Below are positions 1-7,574 of a stretch of 51,418 nucleotides of DNA, in pieces (position 1 is the stretch's first letter; each line of letters starts with the position of its first letter). The notes under the pieces are model-generated. The model saw nothing but the letters and a program-made list of their open reading frames with translations. It had not been told where the DNA came from and made no database searches. Origin of the DNA: a virus (Duplodnaviria; Caudoviricetes); the IMG/VR virus record IMGVR_UViG_3300024222_000008, positions 1-51,418 of that record, one strand, 5' to 3'. Both the position numbers and the translations under genes were made by a program.

Positions 1-262
1 AGGCTGGAGAGGCCCCTGACGCCCCTGGGGAGGCTGGAGAGGCCCCTGACGCCCCTGGGGAGGCTGGAGAGGCCCCTGACGCCCCTGGGGAGGCTGGAGA
101 GGCCCCTGACGCCCCCGGGGAGGCTGGAGAGGCCCCTGACGCCCCTGGGGAGGCTGGAGAGGCCCCTGACGCCCCTGGGGAGGCTGGAGAGGCCCCTGAC
201 GCCCCTGGGGAGGCTGGAGAGGCCCCTGACGCCCCTGGGGAGACTGGAGAGGCCCCTGACGC
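1..262 (+). repeat. 30-bp coding tandem repeat (AGGCTGGAGAGGCCCCTGACGCCCCTGGGG), ~8.7 copies, encodes (DAPGEAGEAP)n
   Basis: Directly visible; near-identical units with no spacers; same unit at 51298-51418. Confidence 0.98.
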
Positions 263-1250
263 TCCGCCTGTCGCGTCAGGCGACGCGGATCTGACCGACA
301 CCATGGCCAAGGTCGCCGAACGTGCCGGCATCGACAATCTGGCACGTCATGCCCGCACCAATGAGGCGCGGCATCTGATCACCGCGCGGAACATCGTCCG
401 GCCAAGCACGGCCAGACAGCATACCGACACGGCCAATCGTATGCATGCCAACGAACTAACCGCGCGACTGCCGCGCAACTCGGTCCTGCATGGCCAGATC
501 GGACGGTTGCTGGTGTCCGAGGAAGTTCACCGCAGAACGCACCATGAGACATCCGGCCGGCTGGACCGCCGCGCCCTGGTGCGGATGCGCGCCGGCGCCT
601 TGGACGTGTTCTCACAGCGTGACGACACCCCCGGCATGGACACCGCGCTGCTGGTCCTGATCGACGGTTCAAGCAGCATGGCAAATGACGTCTACGCCAG
701 CACAGGCACCGTCAGCCGCATGGCCATCGCGCAAACCGCCGCATGGCACATCGCCCGTGCTGCCGAAGCGGCTAACGCCAAGGTTGCCGTGGTCGCGTTC
801 CACACGCGATTTGACCAGCTAAGCACGCGCGACCACGACCACAAGACGGGCGCCATGTTGACCGTGGTCAAACCGTTCGCCGTGCCCATGGACAGCTGCG
901 CTGCCGCACTGGGGAGCGTCAGCCCCAACGCTTACACGCCACTGGCACCCGCCATCATGGGTGCTGCCGGCATACTCGCCGAAGTCAACGCCACCCGACA
1001 TATCTGCATGGTCCTGACCGATGGCGAATGCGACTACGGCGAAGCCGCCGTGGTCGCCGCCTGCCAGCTGGCCGAGGACATGGGCGTGGAAGTTGTCGGC
1101 GTGGGGATGGACTGTGCCAGCGTGACCGCTGCTTTCCCGCCGCGCTACTCGGTCAACGTGACCGATCTGGCGCAGCTGGCCGGCACGGGACTGGGCGTGC
1201 TGGTCGCCATGCTGGAGGACGCTAACCCCCGTGGGGGCGGTAACGACTAG
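3..1250 (+). CDS. C-terminal part of CobT-like VWA protein (continuation of the ORF starting at 50593)
   Basis: Repeat reading frame (GCT at 3) is in frame with ATG 303; CobT-like SGRLDRRALVR motif; intact MIDAS: LIDGSSS, YTP, LTDG. Confidence 0.9.
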   Translation, partial: AGEAPDAPGEAGEAPDAPGEAGEAPDAPGEAGEAPDAPGEAGEAPDAPGEAGEAPDAPGEAGEAPDAPGEAGEAPDAPGETGEAPDAPPVASGDADLTDTMAKVAERAGIDNLARHARTNEARHLITARNIVRPSTARQHTDTANRMHANELTARLPRNSVLHGQIGRLLVSEEVHRRTHHETSGRLDRRALVRMRAGALDVFSQRDDTPGMDTALLVLIDGSSSMANDVYASTGTVSRMAIAQTAAWHIARAAEAANAKVAVVAFHTRFDQLSTRDHDHKTGAMLTVVKPFAVPMDSCAAALGSVSPNAYTPLAPAIMGAAGILAEVNATRHICMVLTDGECDYGEAAVVAACQLAEDMGVEVVGVGMDCASVTAAFPPRYSVNVTDLAQLAGTGLGVLVAMLEDANPRGGGND

Positions 1251-1259
1251 GCCCGCCCC

Positions 1260-1484
1260 GTGGCCGTCCGCCGCGGCAACCGTCGCGTGCATCTCGCACG
1301 CGACGGACTGGGCTTGACCGTATGCGGCCTCGTGGCGTCCTCGCTAGGCGCCAGAGGCGTCTGGCGCCCCTCATGGGCCATGACGCCGCCCGCATGGCGC
1401 TGCGCCGCCTGTCGCCGCCGGCTGGCAGCGTGGCAGGCAACGCGCCCCCGAACGCCTCTGGCATGGGCCGGCTGGTCCCCGTGA
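1260..1484 (+). CDS. possible small Zn-binding protein
   Basis: VH...CG...CAAC pattern; follows the VWA gene by 9 nt; weak RBS and region rich in hairpins. Confidence 0.35.
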   Translation: MAVRRGNRRVHLARDGLGLTVCGLVASSLGARGVWRPSWAMTPPAWRCAACRRRLAAWQATRPRTPLAWAGWSP

Positions 1485-1551
1485 CCGCCGGCCGGCGCCT
1501 CGTCCCATCCGCCGCCGCCCGGCACCCCATCCTCCCCTACGGAGGTTTTGG

Positions 1552-1648
1552 CGATGACGCATGATGACGGATAATCCCTATACCCCTTATGTGTGTGTGT
1601 GTGCGCGTCATGAGGGAGATATGGATTGACTGTCATCATGCGTCATCG
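1552..1648. repeat. 17-bp perfect inverted repeat around a (GT)n spacer; candidate replication origin
   Basis: CGATGACGCATGATGAC (1552-1568) / GTCATCATGCGTCATCG (1632-1648), abutting the helicase stop codon. Confidence 0.6.
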
Positions 1649-3442
1649 TTAGTCAGCTAACACATCTTGTGGTGAAAGTCTTAGTCCTACGAGTGTCCTG
1701 GCTGCTGTAGTGCGTTCATATCGGCACTGCGGGAAGCTGCTCACCACCTTCTGGCTGAACTCGCGCTCATGCACGACTGGCGTGCATTGATTGTCCATAC
1801 ACCACGTTCTGTAGTCCTCGAACCCTGCCCTCGGCGTCATGATGTGGCCCGTGCTGGTCCCGAACTCGCACCGTTCGATGGCCCACGCCTTGAACGTATC
1901 CTGCTCGTCGAGATACGTCGTGGTCGCGGCGGTCGCGGCGCCGGGGATCAGCGCCGTCAGCCCACCCATCGCCCTACGGAGGTTTTCACCCTCGATCGCC
2001 CAGGCCAGGATGCCTGGGTATTCGGGGACCAGCCGGTCTTTCAGCGTAGCGTCGGCGTATGCCGGGGTCTGGGTGAACGGCACCAGGATCAGCCTACGGC
2101 GCATCGCCTCGTCGACGTTGACGATACGAGGCTGGTGATTGCCCACGAAGGTCACCTTGAACTGCGGCTTGAACTGGAAGAAATCCTTGTGCGTGAAGCG
2201 CGCGGCAACCGCGCCGCCGCCGGTCAGCTCTTTCAATCGCACCGCGTTGAACGTGGCGTTCTCCTCGATCTCGTTGGCGATCACCGCGCGCACGCCCGCC
2301 AGCCGGGCGATCTCGGTCGGGTGCGCCGCGTGCTTGCGCTGCATGAACGTGTCCACGGGCGTAACCACGGCATAGTCGCCCAGGATGTCGGTCAGCACAC
2401 CGACAAAGGTGCTTTTGCCGTTGCCGCCGGGGCCGAAGATGAACACGAACTTTTCCTCGCTCGTGTCGCCACTGAGGCAATACCCGAACCATGCCTGGAG
2501 AAAGATTATTAACGCCAGGTCGCCGCCCGTGCTGTCCCACAGGAACTGGTCCCACACCGGGGTCGACTGGTCCCGATCCGGTGCCACCCGGAGCTGCTTC
2601 GTGATCAGATGGGCTGGCTCCGGCGGCAGGCTCTCCCCGGTTTCCAGATCCACCTCGCAGCCCGGCGCTCCAGCCAGCCATTTGTCCGGGTCCCAGCCCT
2701 TGCCGTCCACCGCCAGCCGGCCGTCAGCCCGTGCCGCCCGCTCGATCGCCCCGGCGACCGCGATCTTGCCCAGCGCCTTGACCGCGGCGTCCGGCATCCG
2801 ACGAAACACCCGCGCCAGTTGTCTGGCCCAGCGGAACGCCTGCGCCGTGCCGTCTTCCTGCCAGTAGCTTGCACCCCACCAGACGAACCATTTCTGCCGT
2901 AAGTGGTCGAACCGTAAGCTGCCGGCATGTTCTGCGGCGAACGCCAGCGCCAGTCCGTCCTCACTGCCGTCACAGCTGGCCAGCACACGCTGCGCCGCCT
3001 GCGCGGCCGTCTGAGCGGCCACACCGCCCACCAAGGCCGGATCTACCTCGTCGAACTCCAGCGCCGCCAGCGTGGTCCCCAGCGCCGCCCTGAGCTGCTC
3101 GTTCAGCTTCACCCGCACATCCCCCATCGTGCGGTCCTGGCAATGCCCGTGATGGCACTGGAACCGCTGGAACACCGGCACATAGACCGCGCCCGATGCG
3201 ATCCGGTCAGTGTGGTCCTCCAGCCAGGGGCACTCAACGTCGAACCCCCAGCCCATCGTGGTCCCGCGGCCGTGACCCTGCACCCGGCCCAGCATCCTGA
3301 ATGCCTGCAGCACCGCGTCCGCCTCGATCTCGCCCGGGTCCGGCATCGCCACGCTGCCGGTGCCGCCGGCGATCGGCGTGATGGTGCCGAGACGGTCCTC
3401 GATGGTCTGCCAGTCACCTTGTGTGATCTTGCTGTCTTTCAT
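1649..3442 (-). CDS. P4/D5-family primase-associated SF3 helicase with N-terminal Zn-binding region
   Basis: Walker A GPGGNGKST, Walker B VIANE, motif C FVGNH, LKELTGG; CPW..H..CHHGHC; ATG 3442 overlaps the upstream stop (ATGA). Confidence 0.9.
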   Translation of the reverse strand: MKDSKITQGDWQTIEDRLGTITPIAGGTGSVAMPDPGEIEADAVLQAFRMLGRVQGHGRGTTMGWGFDVECPWLEDHTDRIASGAVYVPVFQRFQCHHGHCQDRTMGDVRVKLNEQLRAALGTTLAALEFDEVDPALVGGVAAQTAAQAAQRVLASCDGSEDGLALAFAAEHAGSLRFDHLRQKWFVWWGASYWQEDGTAQAFRWARQLARVFRRMPDAAVKALGKIAVAGAIERAARADGRLAVDGKGWDPDKWLAGAPGCEVDLETGESLPPEPAHLITKQLRVAPDRDQSTPVWDQFLWDSTGGDLALIIFLQAWFGYCLSGDTSEEKFVFIFGPGGNGKSTFVGVLTDILGDYAVVTPVDTFMQRKHAAHPTEIARLAGVRAVIANEIEENATFNAVRLKELTGGGAVAARFTHKDFFQFKPQFKVTFVGNHQPRIVNVDEAMRRRLILVPFTQTPAYADATLKDRLVPEYPGILAWAIEGENLRRAMGGLTALIPGAATAATTTYLDEQDTFKAWAIERCEFGTSTGHIMTPRAGFEDYRTWCMDNQCTPVVHEREFSQKVVSSFPQCRYERTTAARTLVGLRLSPQDVLAD

Positions 3443-4011
3443 GGCACCACCGGCCCCGGCCCTGGTCCCAGGTCGGTCAGCCAGGTGCCGTGCTTGCCGT
3501 TGATGCCCACGGGTAATCTTCGCCAGATCACCGGGTCGGTCAGGTTGTCCCCGGCGCCCAGCACATCCCGCAGCCGCGCCAGCATGCCCTTGGTCCACGC
3601 CAGATCGGTCAGCGGCGGGTCCAACCGCCAGCCGGCCTGATAATTACCGGGCGAGGTCTCCAGCACATACGTGGGCAAAATCCCCAGGATTTTCTCGGGC
3701 ATCCCAACAGGGACCTTGGTCCCGTAGTCGTCGATCACCAGCACATGCAGACTGATGAACCCGCCGATCACGCGTCTCGTCCCGCGCACCAGCGACGGGC
3801 AGAAATACATATTCAGTTCGCGTTGCCTCGCTTCGCTCGGCAGCATGGTCGCCGGATACGCTGTCCAGTTGGCGTCCCCGGCCTTGCGTGGATCGCCCGG
3901 GAACCCGGCGATCAGGGCGCGCGGCCACTGGTCCTCGAAGAAATGTCGCAGGAACATTTCGTTGGTGATGGCGGATGGCACAGTTCGACTGTTGCCAGAT
4001 GATGCGCTCAT
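3439..4011 (-). CDS. RepB-like (AEP-type) DNA primase catalytic domain
   Basis: VLVIDD, LETSPGNYQ and RLPVGINGK motifs; AAGGAC RBS upstream. Confidence 0.8.
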   Translation of the reverse strand: MSASSGNSRTVPSAITNEMFLRHFFEDQWPRALIAGFPGDPRKAGDANWTAYPATMLPSEARQRELNMYFCPSLVRGTRRVIGGFISLHVLVIDDYGTKVPVGMPEKILGILPTYVLETSPGNYQAGWRLDPPLTDLAWTKGMLARLRDVLGAGDNLTDPVIWRRLPVGINGKHGTWLTDLGPGPGPVVP

Positions 4012-4273
4012 GCGCTGGCGTCCTTCTCGCGATCAGGGAAAGGGTGCGGCGGCGTCGTGTCGTCCGGCCGGTGTTGTTATGACACTGGCAAGACAACCAA
4101 CCTGCACCCGCCCCACAAGCTCGTGCAAGGGGGTTTCGCTTGTGCGCGGCAGCAAGAGGCGCCATATTTCGCTCGGACGTCAGGGCCTCGGCCTTGCTCC
4201 GTCCGCTCGCGGTGGGAGTGGTGTCCTGCCTCGGGGTGTGGTTATCGCGGGTCGTGTCGCGAAAACGACGAAG

Positions 4274-4303
4274 GAAGGCCCGCCGGTCACACGGCGGGCC
4301 TTC
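4274..4303 (-). terminator. GC-rich hairpin, probable intrinsic terminator of the leftward early transcript
   Basis: 12-bp perfect stem GAAGGCCCGCCG/CGGCGGGCCTTC with T-containing tails on both sides. Confidence 0.7.
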
Positions 4304-4377
4304 TGGGTTTTAATGCCCCTGCATGATCATCGCGCGGATAGCCTCGATCGCGGCCAGGTAGTTCCTCAGTTTGGGGT

Positions 4378-4581
4378 TTAGGATAGCTCGATGCCGAGGG
4401 CCGTGGCGATCTTCTTTACCGCATCGAACTCCATGCGGCGTATCTCGATCGAAGATGGTGGCGAACGCTGCATACCGGCCTGTTCGATCCTGGCGCTCTC
4501 GCCGGAGAAGACCGCTCGTGCGGTGTTCCATCGCGAAGTGCCCCGAAGCAGATCCATCACCTCTTTATCCGTCATCTTCAT
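4378..4581 (-). CDS. hypothetical protein (67 aa), possibly an inserted cassette
   Basis: GGAG upstream; protein-like composition. Confidence 0.65.
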   Translation of the reverse strand: MKMTDKEVMDLLRGTSRWNTARAVFSGESARIEQAGMQRSPPSSIEIRRMEFDAVKKIATALGIELS

Positions 4582-4590
4582 ACTCCGGGA

Positions 4591-4758
4591 TTAGGTTTCC
4601 AACGCTGCCTGGGTCATATGTCTGCCGTGCTCATCATTGCCCAGGCCATGATCTCGCAGATCGATGGCGAAACTTTCCAGCGCCACCCGCACGGTCATGG
4701 CATATCCAGTGTGCAATGTGACGCCATTGATCGTGATGATTGGCTCGTCCATGATCAT
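4591..4758 (-). CDS. small phage protein MIMDEPIITING...HGRHMTQAALET (55 aa, not in ORF track; possibly truncated)
   Basis: Manually translated; GGAGG RBS and ATGA coupling to the upstream gene. Confidence 0.7.
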   Translation of the reverse strand: MIMDEPIITINGVTLHTGYAMTVRVALESFAIDLRDHGLGNDEHGRHMTQAALET

Positions 4759-5279
4759 GCCGCCTCCGCGTCGCTCTCCCCAACGATCAATCCGAAATCC
4801 ATCAGGAACCGGGCCAGCGCCATACCTCGCTGGGCGTCCAGCGTGACCTGCAAACGCACGTTGATCTGGCCGTCGCTGCGCCCGGTGATCGAGAACACGT
4901 CGCGCACCGGCTCGGCCGGGGACGCCAGGAGGACAGGCGCCGCCTTCTTGACCTGCTTCAGCTCAGCCAGAGCGACGGCGCGCTGCGCTGGTCCCAGCTG
5001 CACGGCGGCAGGGCGCCCGTGCGATCCAGGCAGTATCGGCGAGGTCAGCTGCGCCTCGGTCAGCCCCAACACCTTGGCCAGCTTCACCCGCATCTCGGGG
5101 TTCGGGCCGTTCTTGCCGGCGGTCCAGTTGGCGACCGCCGCGTATTGGTCTTCTCTCAGCCCCATCGCTTCAGTCAGGCCCTTGGTATCCAGCTTGCGCT
5201 CGCGCATCGCCGTCTGGATCAGGACCATCATCGCTTGTAGATGAGGCTTGCGCGCTTTCTTCGGTAGCGGGCGAGCCAT
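4755..5279 (-). CDS. XRE-family HTH regulator (repressor paralog)
   Basis: HTH pattern LTEAMG...VANWTAGKNGP...KLAKVLG. Confidence 0.8.
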   Translation of the reverse strand: MARPLPKKARKPHLQAMMVLIQTAMRERKLDTKGLTEAMGLREDQYAAVANWTAGKNGPNPEMRVKLAKVLGLTEAQLTSPILPGSHGRPAAVQLGPAQRAVALAELKQVKKAAPVLLASPAEPVRDVFSITGRSDGQINVRLQVTLDAQRGMALARFLMDFGLIVGESDAEAA

Positions 5280-5590
5280 CAGGCGGCCCTCCGCAATTTA
5301 ACAACCTTGGTTTCGCGGGCTTTGAGTTCGCGCTCGGCCGCAAGATTATCAGCGTGAAGCTTGGGTGGTTGCTTATGCCGCACAGCTCTGAACCACGCGT
5401 CCCGGTAACACGCGCTTTTTGATTTGAACGGCCCGCCTTCTCTTGCCCCTTCTGCCCAATACCATCCGGTGAAAACCAAGGGTTCCCCTTTGGCGCGGTG
5501 TTCCGCCCAGTAGCGCGTGGTCGCGTAATTCACATAGAACACCGTGACACCGTCATCGACGTCTTTGATAATCGCATTAGGGAGCCACAT
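5279..5590 (-). CDS. hypothetical protein
   Basis: AGGAC RBS, operon coupling, GWYW...GGPFKS motif. Confidence 0.7.
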   Translation of the reverse strand: MWLPNAIIKDVDDGVTVFYVNYATTRYWAEHRAKGEPLVFTGWYWAEGAREGGPFKSKSACYRDAWFRAVRHKQPPKLHADNLAAERELKARETKVVKLRRAA

Positions 5591-5602
5591 GGTTTTTGTC
5601 CT

Positions 5603-5869
5603 CTATGACTTTCTCGGTCCTGCCTGTAACGAACGAATACGTTCGTCGACCAGGGCCATCATCTGCGTCAGAGCATCCTGGACGTCCAACAGATCGGCCA
5701 GCGCCTGTTCAGGTGTCACCTCGGGCCAGTCCCAGTGTTCCGGGATGGCCATGATCAGCGCCACCGATCCGAACGGCAGCGGTTTGTAGCCTTGTTCTCT
5801 CCAGCCAGGTTCGGCCTGTCGGATGAACTCTTGCAGGTCCAGCGCCGGCGACGGGCGATAGGTATTCAT
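5603..5869 (-). CDS. hypothetical protein
   Basis: Start moved to MNTYRP (AAAGG RBS); fits operon spacing. Confidence 0.6.
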   Translation of the reverse strand: MNTYRPSPALDLQEFIRQAEPGWREQGYKPLPFGSVALIMAIPEHWDWPEVTPEQALADLLDVQDALTQMMALVDERIRSLQAGPRKS

Positions 5870-5874
5870 GTTGC

Positions 5875-6078
5875 TCAAACCTTTCTGAACATCCGGGCCA
5901 GCCGCCCGGTGTGGACGAACCAAAAGCCGAAGAACACGATCGCGGTCGTCAGCAGGGCGTTCTGCGGCGCCAGCTTCGGGTTGATCCAGTCGTTCGTCAC
6001 CAGGGTCAGGACCACGAAGGTCCCGACCCAGCTGACGAGCAGGACCACAATGGCCCCGGCGACTTTCAGGGTCTTCAT
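5875..6078 (-). CDS. small two-TM membrane protein
   Basis: Two hydrophobic segments with basic termini. Confidence 0.7.
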   Translation of the reverse strand: MKTLKVAGAIVVLLVSWVGTFVVLTLVTNDWINPKLAPQNALLTTAIVFFGFWFVHTGRLARMFRKV

Positions 6079-6079
6079 C

Positions 6080-6301
6080 TTAGTTAAACCCCTTGATGAA
6101 CCGCTCGATCTCCTGGCGTGTGGTCAGCAGCCCCGCAGACGCCATCATCACACCCAGTGCAATACCTGCGTGCTTGGCGGTTTCCGGATGTTTGCCGAGA
6201 TCGCTCAGCATCGAGGTCAATGCTTCGGTGAAATCACCTCGGTCAACGTATTCAAGGGCGCGTTGTTTGCACCATTCAAGGTGTTCGTCGCGGGTCCTCA
6301 T
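6080..6301 (-). CDS. phage hypothetical protein
   Basis: EHLEWCKQRALEY...SMLSDLGKHPET; ATGA coupling with the integrase stop. Confidence 0.75.
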   Translation of the reverse strand: MRTRDEHLEWCKQRALEYVDRGDFTEALTSMLSDLGKHPETAKHAGIALGVMMASAGLLTTRQEIERFIKGFN

Positions 6302-7437
6302 GGCACGGGCTGCATCATGGTGCGGGTCTTATGGTTGATCGCACTGCGCAGGTGCCCCGGCGTGAGATGCAGATAGTTCGCCTCCACCGTGGCGATCGTG
6401 TCGCCCAGCACCTGGGCGATGTCCCATAGGCTCACACCGTTCATCGCCGCCAGCGAAGCCCATGTATGCCGCAGCACGTGCGGCGTTACCCACGGCACCC
6501 CCAGTGTGTGGCACATCACCCAGAACGCCCGCCGCAGGCACCCTGTAGCCCCGAGAACCCGTCCCGCGGCTCGCCCCTCCGCGTCCTTCGGCGCCGCCAG
6601 CCACGCCGCCTCCAGCACCGGCGCCAGCCTGTCCGAGATCGGCACCTGCACCCGCCGCTTCTTGGTTACCCGCCGGCCCGGCACCCGGTAGTCGATCAGG
6701 CCCTGTTCGAGGTCTACCCGGTCCCAGGTAAGATCATAAATCGCGCCCCGGCGCGCGGCGGTTTCCAGCGCCAGCGCGACGAACAAACTCACCCGAGACC
6801 CGCTCTCCAGGGGCGTGTGTGCCCGGTGCGTGGTCCCCCACGCCATGGCCTGGTCCCAGAACCACTGCTCCTGATCCCGGTTCAGGAACACCACCCTGGG
6901 TCCCTCCGGCGGCGGGAGTTCAAACTCCGGCACCGACACCCCGGCGATGAGTTTCTTTTTCGCCGCCCACCGGAGAACCGTCCTGAGACCGCCCAGCTCA
7001 CGGCGTATGCTGCCCGCACTCACGCCGCGCCGCATCTGGTAGTCCTGCAGCCGTGCGTCGGTCAGCTGGTCCACCGTGTGTTTTCCCATCAGGTTCCTGA
7101 TCGGCGCCAACACGTAGCGCCCGGTCTTTGCCTTGCCCATCGGCGCGACGTGGTCCAGCCAGCGGGCGCAGAGTTCATCCACCGTGGGCGCCGCGCCGCA
7201 GCCCATGCGGGCGCCGGCGTTCTGCCGTTCGGCATCGAGGAACCGGCTCAGGACCGCTTGCGCATCAACGTAATCCTTCGTGCGGCATGATATACGTTTG
7301 GTTTTATATGCACCGCGCCCGCCACGCGCATCGGGGGTTCCGTCTTGTTCGGTGAACCATATTTCCCAGAAGCCCTGGGCGTTTTGTTTGAGACGACTGG
7401 TGCGGACACTTGTCGGATCGTTTGACTTTCTAGCCAC
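6298..7437 (-). CDS. int: tyrosine recombinase / integrase
   Basis: Catalytic R (TAARRG), K (TKKR), HVLRH, LGD and Y (ANYLH); GTG start with GGAG RBS (start uncertain). Confidence 0.92.
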   Translation of the reverse strand: MARKSNDPTSVRTSRLKQNAQGFWEIWFTEQDGTPDARGGRGAYKTKRISCRTKDYVDAQAVLSRFLDAERQNAGARMGCGAAPTVDELCARWLDHVAPMGKAKTGRYVLAPIRNLMGKHTVDQLTDARLQDYQMRRGVSAGSIRRELGGLRTVLRWAAKKKLIAGVSVPEFELPPPEGPRVVFLNRDQEQWFWDQAMAWGTTHRAHTPLESGSRVSLFVALALETAARRGAIYDLTWDRVDLEQGLIDYRVPGRRVTKKRRVQVPISDRLAPVLEAAWLAAPKDAEGRAAGRVLGATGCLRRAFWVMCHTLGVPWVTPHVLRHTWASLAAMNGVSLWDIAQVLGDTIATVEANYLHLTPGHLRSAINHKTRTMMQPVP

Positions 7438-7574
7438 GTCAGGAACTCCGTTTCGGGTATCAGGACAGGGCGCCCCTTGATCCAGGGCAGCCCGTGATCG
7501 CGCCGCAACCGCGCGATCTTTGCGATCGAACAGCGCATCACCTCGGCGGCTTGGTGCTGCGTCAGCAGGTTCAT
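7248..7574 (-). CDS. excisionase-like winged-HTH protein
   Basis: LLTQHQAAEVMRCS...GLPWIKGRPVLIP pattern; lies directly upstream of and overlaps the integrase. Confidence 0.8.
   Translation of the reverse strand: MNLLTQHQAAEVMRCSIAKIARLRRDHGLPWIKGRPVLIPETEFLTWLESQTIRQVSAPVVSNKTPRASGKYGSPNKTEPPMRVAGAVHIKPNVYHAARRITLMRKRS

Noticed and set aside
1-262. CRISPR array
   Set aside because: Units are contiguous with no unique spacers and are in-frame coding; the Cas4-like nuclease is a standard phage replication gene
3443-3598. N-terminal extension of the 649-aa ORF
   Set aside because: Alternative-frame read of the primase gene; not protein-like
4367-4610. Integron attC cassette
   Set aside because: Flanks only loosely resemble RYYYAAC/GTTRRRY and the integrase is not IntI-like
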